Assembly: GCA_963977015.1 (NCBI GenBank)
Contig: CAXBMO010000010.1
Coordinates: forward strand, 128,001-192,000
Reading direction: 5' to 3'
Length of the DNA: 64,000 nt
Origin: an uncultured bacterium
GTDB taxonomy: Bacteria; Verrucomicrobiota; Verrucomicrobiia; Verrucomicrobiales; DEV007
Below are positions 40,097 to 49,044 of this stretch, piece by piece. A program made the position numbers and the translations under genes. Each line of letters begins with the position of its first letter. Position 1 is the stretch's first letter. Below the pieces are notes generated by a model. That model was not told the DNA's origin, ran no database searches, and saw only the letters and a list, made by a program, of their open reading frames with translations.

Positions 40097-40324
40097 GGGC
40101 GGCGAACCTAGCACGTCGCATTGGCTGCACAACTCCAGCTATTGGGTTTTGCGAAGCCGCTACTGCGAATCGTGAGGGCCACCCGGCTCCATCCGATCTC
40201 TTTTCTGCGAACCTGGCGCGACGCTAACCGGGCCAACTCCCGGGAATCCATCAAATTCCGACGACGATTAAGTGACGCGAAGATTGACAGAAGGCTCATC
40301 GCGAACAATTTCCGCTCCTGATCG

Positions 40325-42274
40325 ATGATTTCGCTGAACCATGTAGAAAAAGGCTTTGCCGGACGGACGCTCTTTACCGACGTCACACTCCAAGTGAATG
40401 TGGGGGACCGGATTGGGCTGGTGGGCCCAAACGGAGCGGGAAAATCGACGCTGTTTTCCCTGATCCTCGGCGAGGACACTCCAGATGCGGGAACGCTTTC
40501 GCGTGATCGTCATACAACGCTTGGGTTTTTGCCGCAGGAGAGTGCCCCGGTTGGCGACGAGACCGTCTTGGAAATCGCGACCGCCGTGAGTCACGAAATC
40601 GTCGAGCTTCGTGGGAAAATGGCCAGTGCGGAGTCGGAAGACGCAGTCGATTCCGACGACTACGCCGAAGTTCAATCGCGATTTGACGAACTGGGAGGTT
40701 ATCACCTTGAGCCCAAGGCGAAGAAGATTCTTGGCGGGCTCGCCTTTCGGGAAAGCGACTTTGAGCGTCCGGTTCGAGAACTCAGTGGAGGTTGGGTCAT
40801 GCGAGCTCATTTGGCGCGGTTGCTGGTTCAGGAGCCCGACTTGCTGATGCTCGACGAGCCAACCAACCACCTGGATCTGCATTCGCTGCAATGGTTTCAG
40901 AACTATCTGAAGGGCTACCCGGGCGGAATCCTCATGATTTCTCACGACCGGGAGTTTCTGAATGATCTCTGTGATTCGATTGCCCACATTTTTGCCGGGC
41001 ATCTTCACCACTACCGCGGCAACTATGATTCGTTTCTTCAGCAACGGAAGGAGCGGGAAGACCAAGCGTGGGCCGCGTATCGCAATCAGCAGGCGGAGAT
41101 CAACAAGTTGGAAGACTTCGTTCGCCGGTTTCGCGCCAAAGCAAGCAAGGCTTCTCAGGCGCAAATGAAGCTGAAGCAGCTCGATAAGATTGTGCGGTTG
41201 GAACCTCCGGTTTCGGAAGAAAAAGCCGTGAAAATCAGCATTCCCCAGCCCACGAAAAGTGGGCGCAAGGTCGTGAATCTCACTGACATCCATCAGGCGT
41301 ATGGTGAGAACAAGGTTTACGAAGGAATGGAGTTCGAGGCGGAACGGGGTGAGCGAATTGTGCTGGTTGGGCCGAATGGTGCCGGGAAATCGACCTTGTT
41401 GAAGATTCTCGCCGGCGAATTGGAGTTTCAGAAAGGTGAACGGAAACTGGGACTCAACGTCAGCGCCGGATACTTCGCCCAGTATCGGAGTCTGATGCTG
41501 GACGGTCGTCGCAGCGTCCTCGAAGAGGCCCTGGATACACCGGGCCGCGTCGCCACCGAGAATGAAGTTCGCACCATGCTGGGCTGCTTCTTGTTCCGAA
41601 AAGACGACGTTTTCAAGAATGTCGGAGTGCTGAGTGGGGGAGAGAAGGGTCGCCTCGCTCTCGTCAAAATTCTCCTCAATCCGCCGAACCTGCTACTCAT
41701 GGATGAGCCTACGACTCACCTCGACATGGCGAGTATCGACGCGTTGACGATGGCGCTGAAAGAGTTTGAGGGCACACTCATTTTCATCAGTCACGATGTC
41801 TACTTCATCCGCTCCATCGCGGAGACGGTGCTCCACATCGATCGCGGGACGCTGACGCGCTATCACGGCGATTACGACTATTATCTCGAGAAGTCGGGGA
41901 TCGATTCCGAAAGGGCGGCGCTTACCGCTGGGCAACCCGGTCAGGGCAAGTCGCAAGCGGCGAAGGTGAAATCTGGAGGCGAAGGCAGCGGCCGAAAGTC
42001 CAAGGAACAAAAACGCAAAGAGGCAGAGGAGCGTCAGAAAAAGGCGAAAGAGCGGAAGAAGGCTCAAGAGAAACTAAACCAGGTTGAAACGCGGGTTGCG
42101 ACCTTGGAAGCCCGGCAAATTGAAATTGCTGAAAAGCTGGACGATCCCAGTCTGTATCAAAGTGATCCCAATGCGGTGGTTAGTCTCAACCGCGAGCTCG
42201 GCAAATTGGTCGAAGAATTGGAAGAGGCCAACGCACAGTGGGAGATGTTGGCGGAGGCGGTAGAGGCGGTTTAG
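40325..42274 (+). CDS. ABC-F family ATPase
   Basis: Two NBDs (GPNGAGKST twice, LSGGW / LSGGEK, DEPTNHLD / DEPTTHLD), no TM, coiled-coil C-terminus. Confidence 0.95.
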   Translation: MISLNHVEKGFAGRTLFTDVTLQVNVGDRIGLVGPNGAGKSTLFSLILGEDTPDAGTLSRDRHTTLGFLPQESAPVGDETVLEIATAVSHEIVELRGKMASAESEDAVDSDDYAEVQSRFDELGGYHLEPKAKKILGGLAFRESDFERPVRELSGGWVMRAHLARLLVQEPDLLMLDEPTNHLDLHSLQWFQNYLKGYPGGILMISHDREFLNDLCDSIAHIFAGHLHHYRGNYDSFLQQRKEREDQAWAAYRNQQAEINKLEDFVRRFRAKASKASQAQMKLKQLDKIVRLEPPVSEEKAVKISIPQPTKSGRKVVNLTDIHQAYGENKVYEGMEFEAERGERIVLVGPNGAGKSTLLKILAGELEFQKGERKLGLNVSAGYFAQYRSLMLDGRRSVLEEALDTPGRVATENEVRTMLGCFLFRKDDVFKNVGVLSGGEKGRLALVKILLNPPNLLLMDEPTTHLDMASIDALTMALKEFEGTLIFISHDVYFIRSIAETVLHIDRGTLTRYHGDYDYYLEKSGIDSERAALTAGQPGQGKSQAAKVKSGGEGSGRKSKEQKRKEAEERQKKAKERKKAQEKLNQVETRVATLEARQIEIAEKLDDPSLYQSDPNAVVSLNRELGKLVEELEEANAQWEMLAEAVEAV

Positions 42275-42352
42275 CGTTCGTGACGAAGTTTTCTCTTTTC
42301 AAAGTGGAATCCGACTGATTAGGATTTCGCCAGCAAGAGTAGAAAACAGGTC

Positions 42353-44371
42353 ATGAAAGTATCGCTAGGCAGTTGGGTTCGTTACAAATTTGATAACTTC
42401 ATGGCGAAGGGGATCGGGTCGATGCTTTTTGGGCTGGTCGTGATCTTCCTCGCGAGTCTGGGATTGATTGTCGCTCTACGTGCGATCGTCTTTTTTGGGT
42501 TTCAGCAGGGCGATGAGACGTTTCGAGGGCAGTACCAGAATGAAGCGTCCCATCTCACGGACGGCTCGGAAATGGATACTCATTTCTTCCATCACATCTA
42601 CCTGACCTTCCTGCAGATGACAGATGGTGGAAACATGGCCCAGGATATTCTGGCTCATCCGGCTTACAAGGTGCCGGCAGTGATCGGAGGAATGGTGGGA
42701 TTGGTTTTGATGTCAGCCCTTGTGGGTTTGATCACCACCTGGCTGATGGAGCGAATGGCTCAATTGCGGAAGGGCACCTCGCAAGTCATTGAAAAACATC
42801 ACTCCGTGATTTTGGGATGGGACCCGCAACGGGTGATCGAGATTTTGCGGGAATTGATAGAAGCGAACGAAAGTGAAAAAGACGCGACGGTTTGTATTCT
42901 CGCCGAAGCGGACAAGGAGGAAATGGACGACTTTCTCGCATTCCGACTTCCCGCAGGCGAACGCGCAACCACCCGGATTGTGACGCGGTCAGGATCGATC
43001 TCATCGATTGCCAATCTCCAGGTCGCTTCGGTCGAAACCTGCAAGTCGGTCATCCTGCTCGCTTCCTGCAATCAGTCTGCGGCGGACCGGGACAAACAGT
43101 TGAGTGACGCGCGGGTTTTAAAGTCGATCCTTGCTCTGACAAATTGCGTTCCCTCCAGCAAAGGCACGGAACTCAATATCGTTGCTGAGGTGTTCGACCC
43201 GACTCAAAAGGCGATTATCGAACGGACCTGCCCGCATCCTGTTTCCGTGATCGACGCCTGGGACATCCTTGCCAAGATCATCGTCCAAACGAGTCGCTCC
43301 GTTGGGCTGTCTGTGGTCTACGGCGAGATTCTCTCGTTCGAAGGTTGCGAGATGTATTTCTACAACAATCCCAAGTGGAAGGGAATGACGTTCGGGGACG
43401 TACAGTTTCATTTTCCCGATGGAGTTCCGCTGGGCGTTCGGAATACCGCTGGGGAGGTCCTGATCAACCCGGCTTCGAATCACGAGTTAAAGGGCGATGA
43501 CGACTTGTTGATTGTTGCCAGCGACGACTCCGCGATTCAGTTCAAGAAGAAGCCGGTTGCCAAACCAGTCGAGTTGGAATTTGTCGAGTCCCGCATCGAT
43601 CAGAAGATCGAGCGAGAACTGATCATTGGATGGAACCGGATGGCACCCATCATCATTGAACAATACGCTGACTACGTGTTGGATGGTTCGGAGATTACCA
43701 TCCTCATCGAGGATCCGCCTCACCAGGTCATCGGCGAAATTGACGTTCTGAGGCAATCGCATCCCGGCCTGAAGATTGACCTTGTGGATGGCGATCCCTT
43801 CGACATGGGAGTTTTGAATGGCGTCATGCCGCCCAACAAGAACAACATCATCATTCTGAACAAGAGTGGTGAAAGCCGCGATGCCGAGCAGACGGATTCG
43901 GAGACGATAGTGATCCTGCTGATGCTGCGGGCGATCTTCGAGGAAGCGAAGTTGGATCCACTTCCAAGTTTGATTGCTGAAGTGGCGGATTCGCGGAATC
44001 AGAGTCTGGTGTCCAGCTCAGGAGTTAAAGATTTCATCATCAGCAACCGCCTTGTATCGATGTTGCTGGCACAGATCAGCGAGGAGGCGGATATCAAGTC
44101 GGTTTATGACAATCTCTTCGAGGAAGACGGTTCGGAGATCTATTTGAAGCCGCTCAGTCTCTACCAGAAGACGTTTGGAAAGAAACTGACCTTTGCCGAT
44201 TGCATGTCACTCGCTCAGAAACGTGGCGAAGTTTGCATTGGTGTGAAGATCAAGTCTGAGGAGGAGAATGAAGATGCCAACTTTGGAGTTGAACTCATTC
44301 CGGACAAGAAAAAGCATTTTCATCTCGGGGCGGAAGACTGTCTGGTGGTCGTGGCTGAGGATGAGTGTTAA
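42353..44371 (+). CDS. CASTOR/POLLUX (DMI1)-related ion channel
   Basis: RYKFDNFMAKG, pore loop MTDGGNM, LRKGTSQVIEKHHSVILGW, two RCK domains, DGSEIYLKP. Confidence 0.88.
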   Translation: MKVSLGSWVRYKFDNFMAKGIGSMLFGLVVIFLASLGLIVALRAIVFFGFQQGDETFRGQYQNEASHLTDGSEMDTHFFHHIYLTFLQMTDGGNMAQDILAHPAYKVPAVIGGMVGLVLMSALVGLITTWLMERMAQLRKGTSQVIEKHHSVILGWDPQRVIEILRELIEANESEKDATVCILAEADKEEMDDFLAFRLPAGERATTRIVTRSGSISSIANLQVASVETCKSVILLASCNQSAADRDKQLSDARVLKSILALTNCVPSSKGTELNIVAEVFDPTQKAIIERTCPHPVSVIDAWDILAKIIVQTSRSVGLSVVYGEILSFEGCEMYFYNNPKWKGMTFGDVQFHFPDGVPLGVRNTAGEVLINPASNHELKGDDDLLIVASDDSAIQFKKKPVAKPVELEFVESRIDQKIERELIIGWNRMAPIIIEQYADYVLDGSEITILIEDPPHQVIGEIDVLRQSHPGLKIDLVDGDPFDMGVLNGVMPPNKNNIIILNKSGESRDAEQTDSETIVILLMLRAIFEEAKLDPLPSLIAEVADSRNQSLVSSSGVKDFIISNRLVSMLLAQISEEADIKSVYDNLFEEDGSEIYLKPLSLYQKTFGKKLTFADCMSLAQKRGEVCIGVKIKSEEENEDANFGVELIPDKKKHFHLGAEDCLVVVAEDEC

Positions 44372-45213
44372 GCCTGGCGGAATGGCTTCAGGATCTCTTC
44401 CGTGTAATCCCAAAGCTGTTTGGCAACGCCTTGATCCTGGGCCAGATCCGACGGCGTCACCTTGATTCCCCGTTCGAAGTAGGTTCCCGTGGTCTGCGGC
44501 GTCAGGATGTCCTCGGAAATGGGACGTGCTCCTTCCTCGGGGGATAACCGGGAATGGGCCGCCAGCTTCCAATAAGCGCGCATATACCAGGGGCCGTTGT
44601 TCCCCAAATTGGTGGCCACCTCTCCGGGGTGATGCGCATTGGCGGTAATGCCAGCGGAGGCGTGGCGCCTTGAAAACTCGAAGGTGTGAAGAATGTTGCA
44701 GAGCTTCTGGGTTCCATAGGCAATTCGGAAATCGAACTTTTGCTCTGCCTGAAGATTTGCGAAATCGACCGTTTTTGCCCAGCGATGTGCGTTGGAAGCA
44801 ACGTTGATGAGATGGGACGGCGCTCCGTTGCGAAGCGCCGGAGTCAATCGCTGGGTGAGAAGAAACGGTGCAAGATAGTTAACCGCAAACATGCGCTCCA
44901 TGCCCTCATCCGTCAGTTTACGCTTGGCGGTAATGAGCGCAGCATTGTTGATGAGTCCCTGGATGGAGGGGAACTGTCTCTGTATGTTTGTCGCCAATGC
45001 CGCGACTTCCTCCATTGAGGAAAGATCGGCCAGGAAAGGGTGAATCTCAGGATTGGAGGTAGAATTGATCAGGTCATCCTGCGCACGTTGAGTCCGCTCC
45101 TCACTTCGCCCAACGATCACGACGCACGCGCCGGTGTTCGCCAGTTGACGAGCCACCTCCAGGCCAATTCCGCCGGTTCCCCCGGTAACCACAAATGTGT
45201 GCCCTTTGTTCAT
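44368..45213 (-). CDS. SDR oxidoreductase (retinol-dehydrogenase-like)
   Basis: TGGTGGIG, LINNAA, FAVNYL, YGTQK. Confidence 0.92.
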   Translation of the reverse strand: MNKGHTFVVTGGTGGIGLEVARQLANTGACVVIVGRSEERTQRAQDDLINSTSNPEIHPFLADLSSMEEVAALATNIQRQFPSIQGLINNAALITAKRKLTDEGMERMFAVNYLAPFLLTQRLTPALRNGAPSHLINVASNAHRWAKTVDFANLQAEQKFDFRIAYGTQKLCNILHTFEFSRRHASAGITANAHHPGEVATNLGNNGPWYMRAYWKLAAHSRLSPEEGARPISEDILTPQTTGTYFERGIKVTPSDLAQDQGVAKQLWDYTEEILKPFRQA

Positions 45214-45980
45214 TCGACCAAATCCGGGTAGAGCATTTCCGCAAAGCGTTTCCGGTTGAAGCGGTAAATCAGAGTCGGCATCGCCCAGGGGATGGTCGTT
45301 GCGAGGAAACGAAAAACCTTGCTCATCGCATCCGGATAGAGGTGCCTGCTTCTTCGATCCATACCCTTTAAAATTCGATCAGCGATGACGTCCGGGGGAA
45401 TGCCCGCATCGGCATTCTCATTGCCATAATACTTCCGTAGATGTGCGGTTCGCATTTGCCCCGGATAGACGAGGGTCACCGAGATTCCGCGATGCATCAG
45501 CCACGGTTCAATGGAATGTCCGAACGCTTCCAACGCAGCTTTGGACGCGGCGTAGGTCGCCGTTACCGGAATCGGAGTAAAGGCCGCGGCGCTGAGAACA
45601 AAGGCCAGGCGCCCCTTCTCCTGGAGCTTGTCCATCCCGAGCAATTGATGGAGCAGTCGCAAATGGCCCGTGAAATTGATGTCGATGACGGCTTGCTGCT
45701 TTTCCCAGGCGATTTCCGCGAAATTTCCAAAGGCACTGATTCCCGCGTTCATAATGATGCGATCAAAGGGTGGTTCGTCATCCCAGGTCACCGTCAGCTC
45801 CTCAAACCTTGCGAGATCAAATTCCCGAAAACGGATAGCTTCGTGTTGGGCGAGTTCGGTTCCCTTTTCCTGATCCACATCCAAAACGAGGACCTCACAA
45901 TCGCGGGCGGCATATCCAAGGGCCATTTCCCGGCCCAAGCCGTCGGCACCGCCTGTGATGAGAATCCGTTCGCGTGACAT
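45210..45980 (-). CDS. SDR oxidoreductase
   Basis: TGGADGLG, NAG, YAASK. Confidence 0.92.
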   Translation of the reverse strand: MSRERILITGGADGLGREMALGYAARDCEVLVLDVDQEKGTELAQHEAIRFREFDLARFEELTVTWDDEPPFDRIIMNAGISAFGNFAEIAWEKQQAVIDINFTGHLRLLHQLLGMDKLQEKGRLAFVLSAAAFTPIPVTATYAASKAALEAFGHSIEPWLMHRGISVTLVYPGQMRTAHLRKYYGNENADAGIPPDVIADRILKGMDRRSRHLYPDAMSKVFRFLATTIPWAMPTLIYRFNRKRFAEMLYPDLVE

Positions 45981-45986
45981 CGCGGT

Positions 45987-46015
45987 CGTCTAACACAGGC
46001 CAAACTTCCCCGCAA
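45987..46015 (-). promoter_or_regulatory. Sigma70-type promoter, probably giving a leaderless transcript
   Basis: TTGCGG-17 nt-TAGACG-6 nt-ATG(45980), with an extended -10 TG. Confidence 0.45.
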
Positions 46016-46071
46016 TGACCGGTTGACGTTCTGACCAAATTCTTTCAGGCTTGATCGAACCCACCAACATC

Positions 46072-46596
46072 ATGAGCGATCCGACTCCCCCACTTACCCA
46101 GAATCCTTATCCCCCGAAAACCCCTGACTCCGGCAAAGGCGGGATGAGCACTGGTGCCAAAGTCGGTATTGGTTGTGGAGCGGGCTGCCTCGGGTTGGTC
46201 GTTATCTTGGCCATCGTCGGAGCGGTTTTTGCTCTGAAGGCAAAGAACTACGCGGAAGCATTCGATCAGGAATTTGCTGATCTAGGCATCACGGAAGTTG
46301 TTGAAGGTGATGAACTTCGCGTGACGACGGCTCCAACCGTAGCCACCTACTACAAGGGCAAAGCTGTGGTGCTCGACTTCGCAGATCCAGTTGTTGTGCC
46401 AATTGCCGCTGCCGCGACCGTGGTTCAGATTGGAGGCACTTTTGAGGAAAATGTTTACCTCCGGTCCATGGTTGCGATCGAAGTGGATCCAGATGCCCAT
46501 TTCAAGAAGGAGCTGAATGTGAAGACCATCGCGATCAATAGCAACGGAGCCAACTTTGAAGGTGGATTGACCGGGGAATACAAAACCAAGGAATAG
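46072..46596 (+). CDS. Hypothetical single-pass membrane protein
   Basis: Pro-rich N-terminus, GIGCGAGCLGLVVILAIVG TM segment, beta-rich C-terminus. Confidence 0.7.
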   Translation: MSDPTPPLTQNPYPPKTPDSGKGGMSTGAKVGIGCGAGCLGLVVILAIVGAVFALKAKNYAEAFDQEFADLGITEVVEGDELRVTTAPTVATYYKGKAVVLDFADPVVVPIAAAATVVQIGGTFEENVYLRSMVAIEVDPDAHFKKELNVKTIAINSNGANFEGGLTGEYKTKE

Positions 46597-46615
46597 GCGG
46601 CGACTTGCTGCTGGC

Positions 46616-46644
46616 TTGACCGGAACCATTCGAAACGGCATGAT
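46616..46644 (+). promoter_or_regulatory. Sigma70-type promoter, probably giving a leaderless transcript
   Basis: TTGACC-17 nt-CATGAT-6 nt-ATG(46651). Confidence 0.6.
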
Positions 46645-46650
46645 CGGGGG

Positions 46651-47046
46651 ATGAATACCTCCCCGGTTTTTCGCTCTCTGGCTGCTGCCTGCTTGTTGCT
46701 AACCGCATCGTTTCTGACTTCCGGGTGCGCCGTGGTCGCGGTCGGCGCAATTGTCGGAGCGGTGGCTTATCTCGAAGGTGAGCTGAAAGCAGAAGTGAAT
46801 GGAGGCATCCACGAGGTTGTGGCTGCCACCAAATCCGCTGCTCGCGACCTACGGTTAAAGCCCTATAGCCAAACTGGCGATGAAAACGGAGCCACAATGA
46901 TGGCGACACGAGCCGATGGAGAGCGGGTCGTCATTCGGTTGGTGCCACGACATTACGGAACCACATTGGTCCGAATCCGGGCCGGTAGCATCGGAGACGA
47001 GGCCTACTCGCGAAAGGTTCTTCGTCAAATCGAGCGATACCTTTAG
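46651..47046 (+). CDS. DUF3568-family lipoprotein
   Basis: Lipobox TSGC, GAVAYLEGELK, VRIRAGSIGDEAYSRKVL. Confidence 0.8.
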   Translation: MNTSPVFRSLAAACLLLTASFLTSGCAVVAVGAIVGAVAYLEGELKAEVNGGIHEVVAATKSAARDLRLKPYSQTGDENGATMMATRADGERVVIRLVPRHYGTTLVRIRAGSIGDEAYSRKVLRQIERYL

Positions 47047-47250
47047 AGCAGTTCAAGTGAACCTGTAGCCAATGAAGGTGACGAGGATCAGGAAAGAGTG
47101 CGGCTTTGCCGAAGGAAGAGAGACAGCGGTATCTTTGGCCACCTGCAGCGTTCTTGATCGGTCGCAGAGCATGCTCTGCTCCCTCACAACGCCTTGCAGG
47201 AAGCCAAATCTTCTCGCTGCATTGGCTACACTTTCCCTTCAAATGCTCTA
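47044..47250. mobile_element. MITE-like inverted-repeat element
   Basis: 31-bp imperfect terminal inverted repeats (47044-47074 and 47220-47250, 26/31 identical) with TA at both outer ends; non-coding, self-complementary core. Confidence 0.72.
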
Positions 47251-49044
47251 GGAAACGACTTCAGCCGCCGGTTCGAACCAGCGATCGTGTTCTTTGATCA
47301 AGTCGATGAGTCGCGCCACCGCCTCATTTTCCGGGATATTGAACTTCACCGCCTCTTTGCCGACGTAAAGATTGATCTTTCCTGGTGCGCCACCGACGTA
47401 GCCAAAATCGGCATCGGCCATCTCGCCGGGACCATTGACGATGCATCCCATCACCGCGATTCGCACCCCCTTCAGGTGACCGGTTGCTTCGCGAATTCGT
47501 TGCGTGGTGCTTTGCAGATTAAAAAGCGTCCGTCCGCAAGAGGGGCAGGCGACATAATCTGTCTTGAAGATGCGGGAGCCGGCCGCTTGAAGCACATTGT
47601 AGGCAAGCCTCAGCGCCTGTCCCGGGGATGATTCGCCCTGAATCAGAATGGCATCGCCGATCCCGTCGCAAAGCAGGGAGCCAATATTTGTGGCCGCGCG
47701 GAGAAGCGTCGCGAGCGAGTCCGGACTTGGCGAGGTCGCTGCAGTCAGGGTGTCTTTAAGGAGGATGGGATGTTTGGAATCAATCCTGGAGGCAAGAAGC
47801 CGAAACGCCGGGATCACGGCGATATCGAGGCCGTTGGCCACCGTAACCAACCTGGCTTCCGGCGAACTGGCGAATTCCTCGACTTCCGCATCGTTTCTCG
47901 GATCAATCTCAACAACCCCTGATGTTTCGAAAACGAATTCCGGTTGGAAATCGCCCAACTGTTGAATCTTCGTCGCAACCTGATTCCAATGTTCCTGAGT
48001 GACGCAAACCCGGATGGTTTCGCTGCCGCCAACTGGAATTCCCTGCACCTCGATGGGCTCCGTTGAACGCCTCTCGTAGCTGAAGGGATCATAACAGGGA
48101 GATTGGCCGGAAGAACGGGGCAGGGAAGGGTTGCCGGCTTCTTCACCGATCATTTTGACGATCGCCTTGGCCACCGGAATCTCGTGAACGGCGTCTTCGG
48201 TGAGCGAAACGCGAATCGTCTCTCCAATTCCGTCCTTCAGCAAGGAACCAATCCCGATCGCGCTTTTGATCCGCCCATCTTCGCCATCGCCGGCTTCCGT
48301 AACCCCCAGATGAAGCGGGTAGTTCCAATCGCTCCCCAAGTCGCGGAGCCGGGCGATGAGGAGCCGGTAGGCCTCGATCATCACCTTGGGGTTGCTGGCC
48401 TTCATCGAAAAGACGAACGCGTGATAGTTTAGTTCCCGGGCGATTCGGGCAAATTCCAAGGCGCTTTCCACCATGCCAAGCGGAGTGTCGCCATAACGGT
48501 TCATGATGCGGTCACTCAGCGAACCGTGGTTGGTGCCGATTCGCATGGCGACGGATCGTTCCTGACAGAGCCGAACCAGGGGCTCAAACTGCTCCCGAAT
48601 CCGGTCCAGTTCCTCGGAATACTGATCGTCGGTGTACTCTCGAATCTCGAATTTCTTCTTGTCGACGAAGTTTCCCGGATTCACGCGAACTTTCTCGACC
48701 CATTTGGCGGCCTCCAGCGCGGCGTCCGGTTTGAAGTGGATGTCGGCGACGAGTGGAGTATCGCAGCCGCGGGCCAACAACCCAGCTTTGATGTTCTCCA
48801 GGTTCGCGGCGTATTTCCGCGTCTGCGCCGTGACGCGCACGATTTCGCAACCCGCCGCCACGAGGCCAAGGGCTTCTTCGATACACGCCTCCGTATCGCG
48901 CGTATCGCTCGTGAGCATGGACTGAACCCGGATCGGGTTCTTTCCTCCAATGCCGACATTTCCAACCCGGACTTCCCGCGTCTCCCGCCGATGGTAGGCA
49001 AAGAGATCGTCGCAATAAGAAAGCGTGGATGAATCAGGATGCAT
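47248..49044 (-). CDS. ispG: HMBPP synthase, long (inserted-domain) type
   Basis: PIRVQSM, VADIHF, RVNPGN, RIGTNHGSLS, HLGVTEAG, ACPSCGR, VMGCIVNGPGE. Confidence 0.96.
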   Translation of the reverse strand: MHPDSSTLSYCDDLFAYHRRETREVRVGNVGIGGKNPIRVQSMLTSDTRDTEACIEEALGLVAAGCEIVRVTAQTRKYAANLENIKAGLLARGCDTPLVADIHFKPDAALEAAKWVEKVRVNPGNFVDKKKFEIREYTDDQYSEELDRIREQFEPLVRLCQERSVAMRIGTNHGSLSDRIMNRYGDTPLGMVESALEFARIARELNYHAFVFSMKASNPKVMIEAYRLLIARLRDLGSDWNYPLHLGVTEAGDGEDGRIKSAIGIGSLLKDGIGETIRVSLTEDAVHEIPVAKAIVKMIGEEAGNPSLPRSSGQSPCYDPFSYERRSTEPIEVQGIPVGGSETIRVCVTQEHWNQVATKIQQLGDFQPEFVFETSGVVEIDPRNDAEVEEFASSPEARLVTVANGLDIAVIPAFRLLASRIDSKHPILLKDTLTAATSPSPDSLATLLRAATNIGSLLCDGIGDAILIQGESSPGQALRLAYNVLQAAGSRIFKTDYVACPSCGRTLFNLQSTTQRIREATGHLKGVRIAVMGCIVNGPGEMADADFGYVGGAPGKINLYVGKEAVKFNIPENEAVARLIDLIKEHDRWFEPAAEVVS

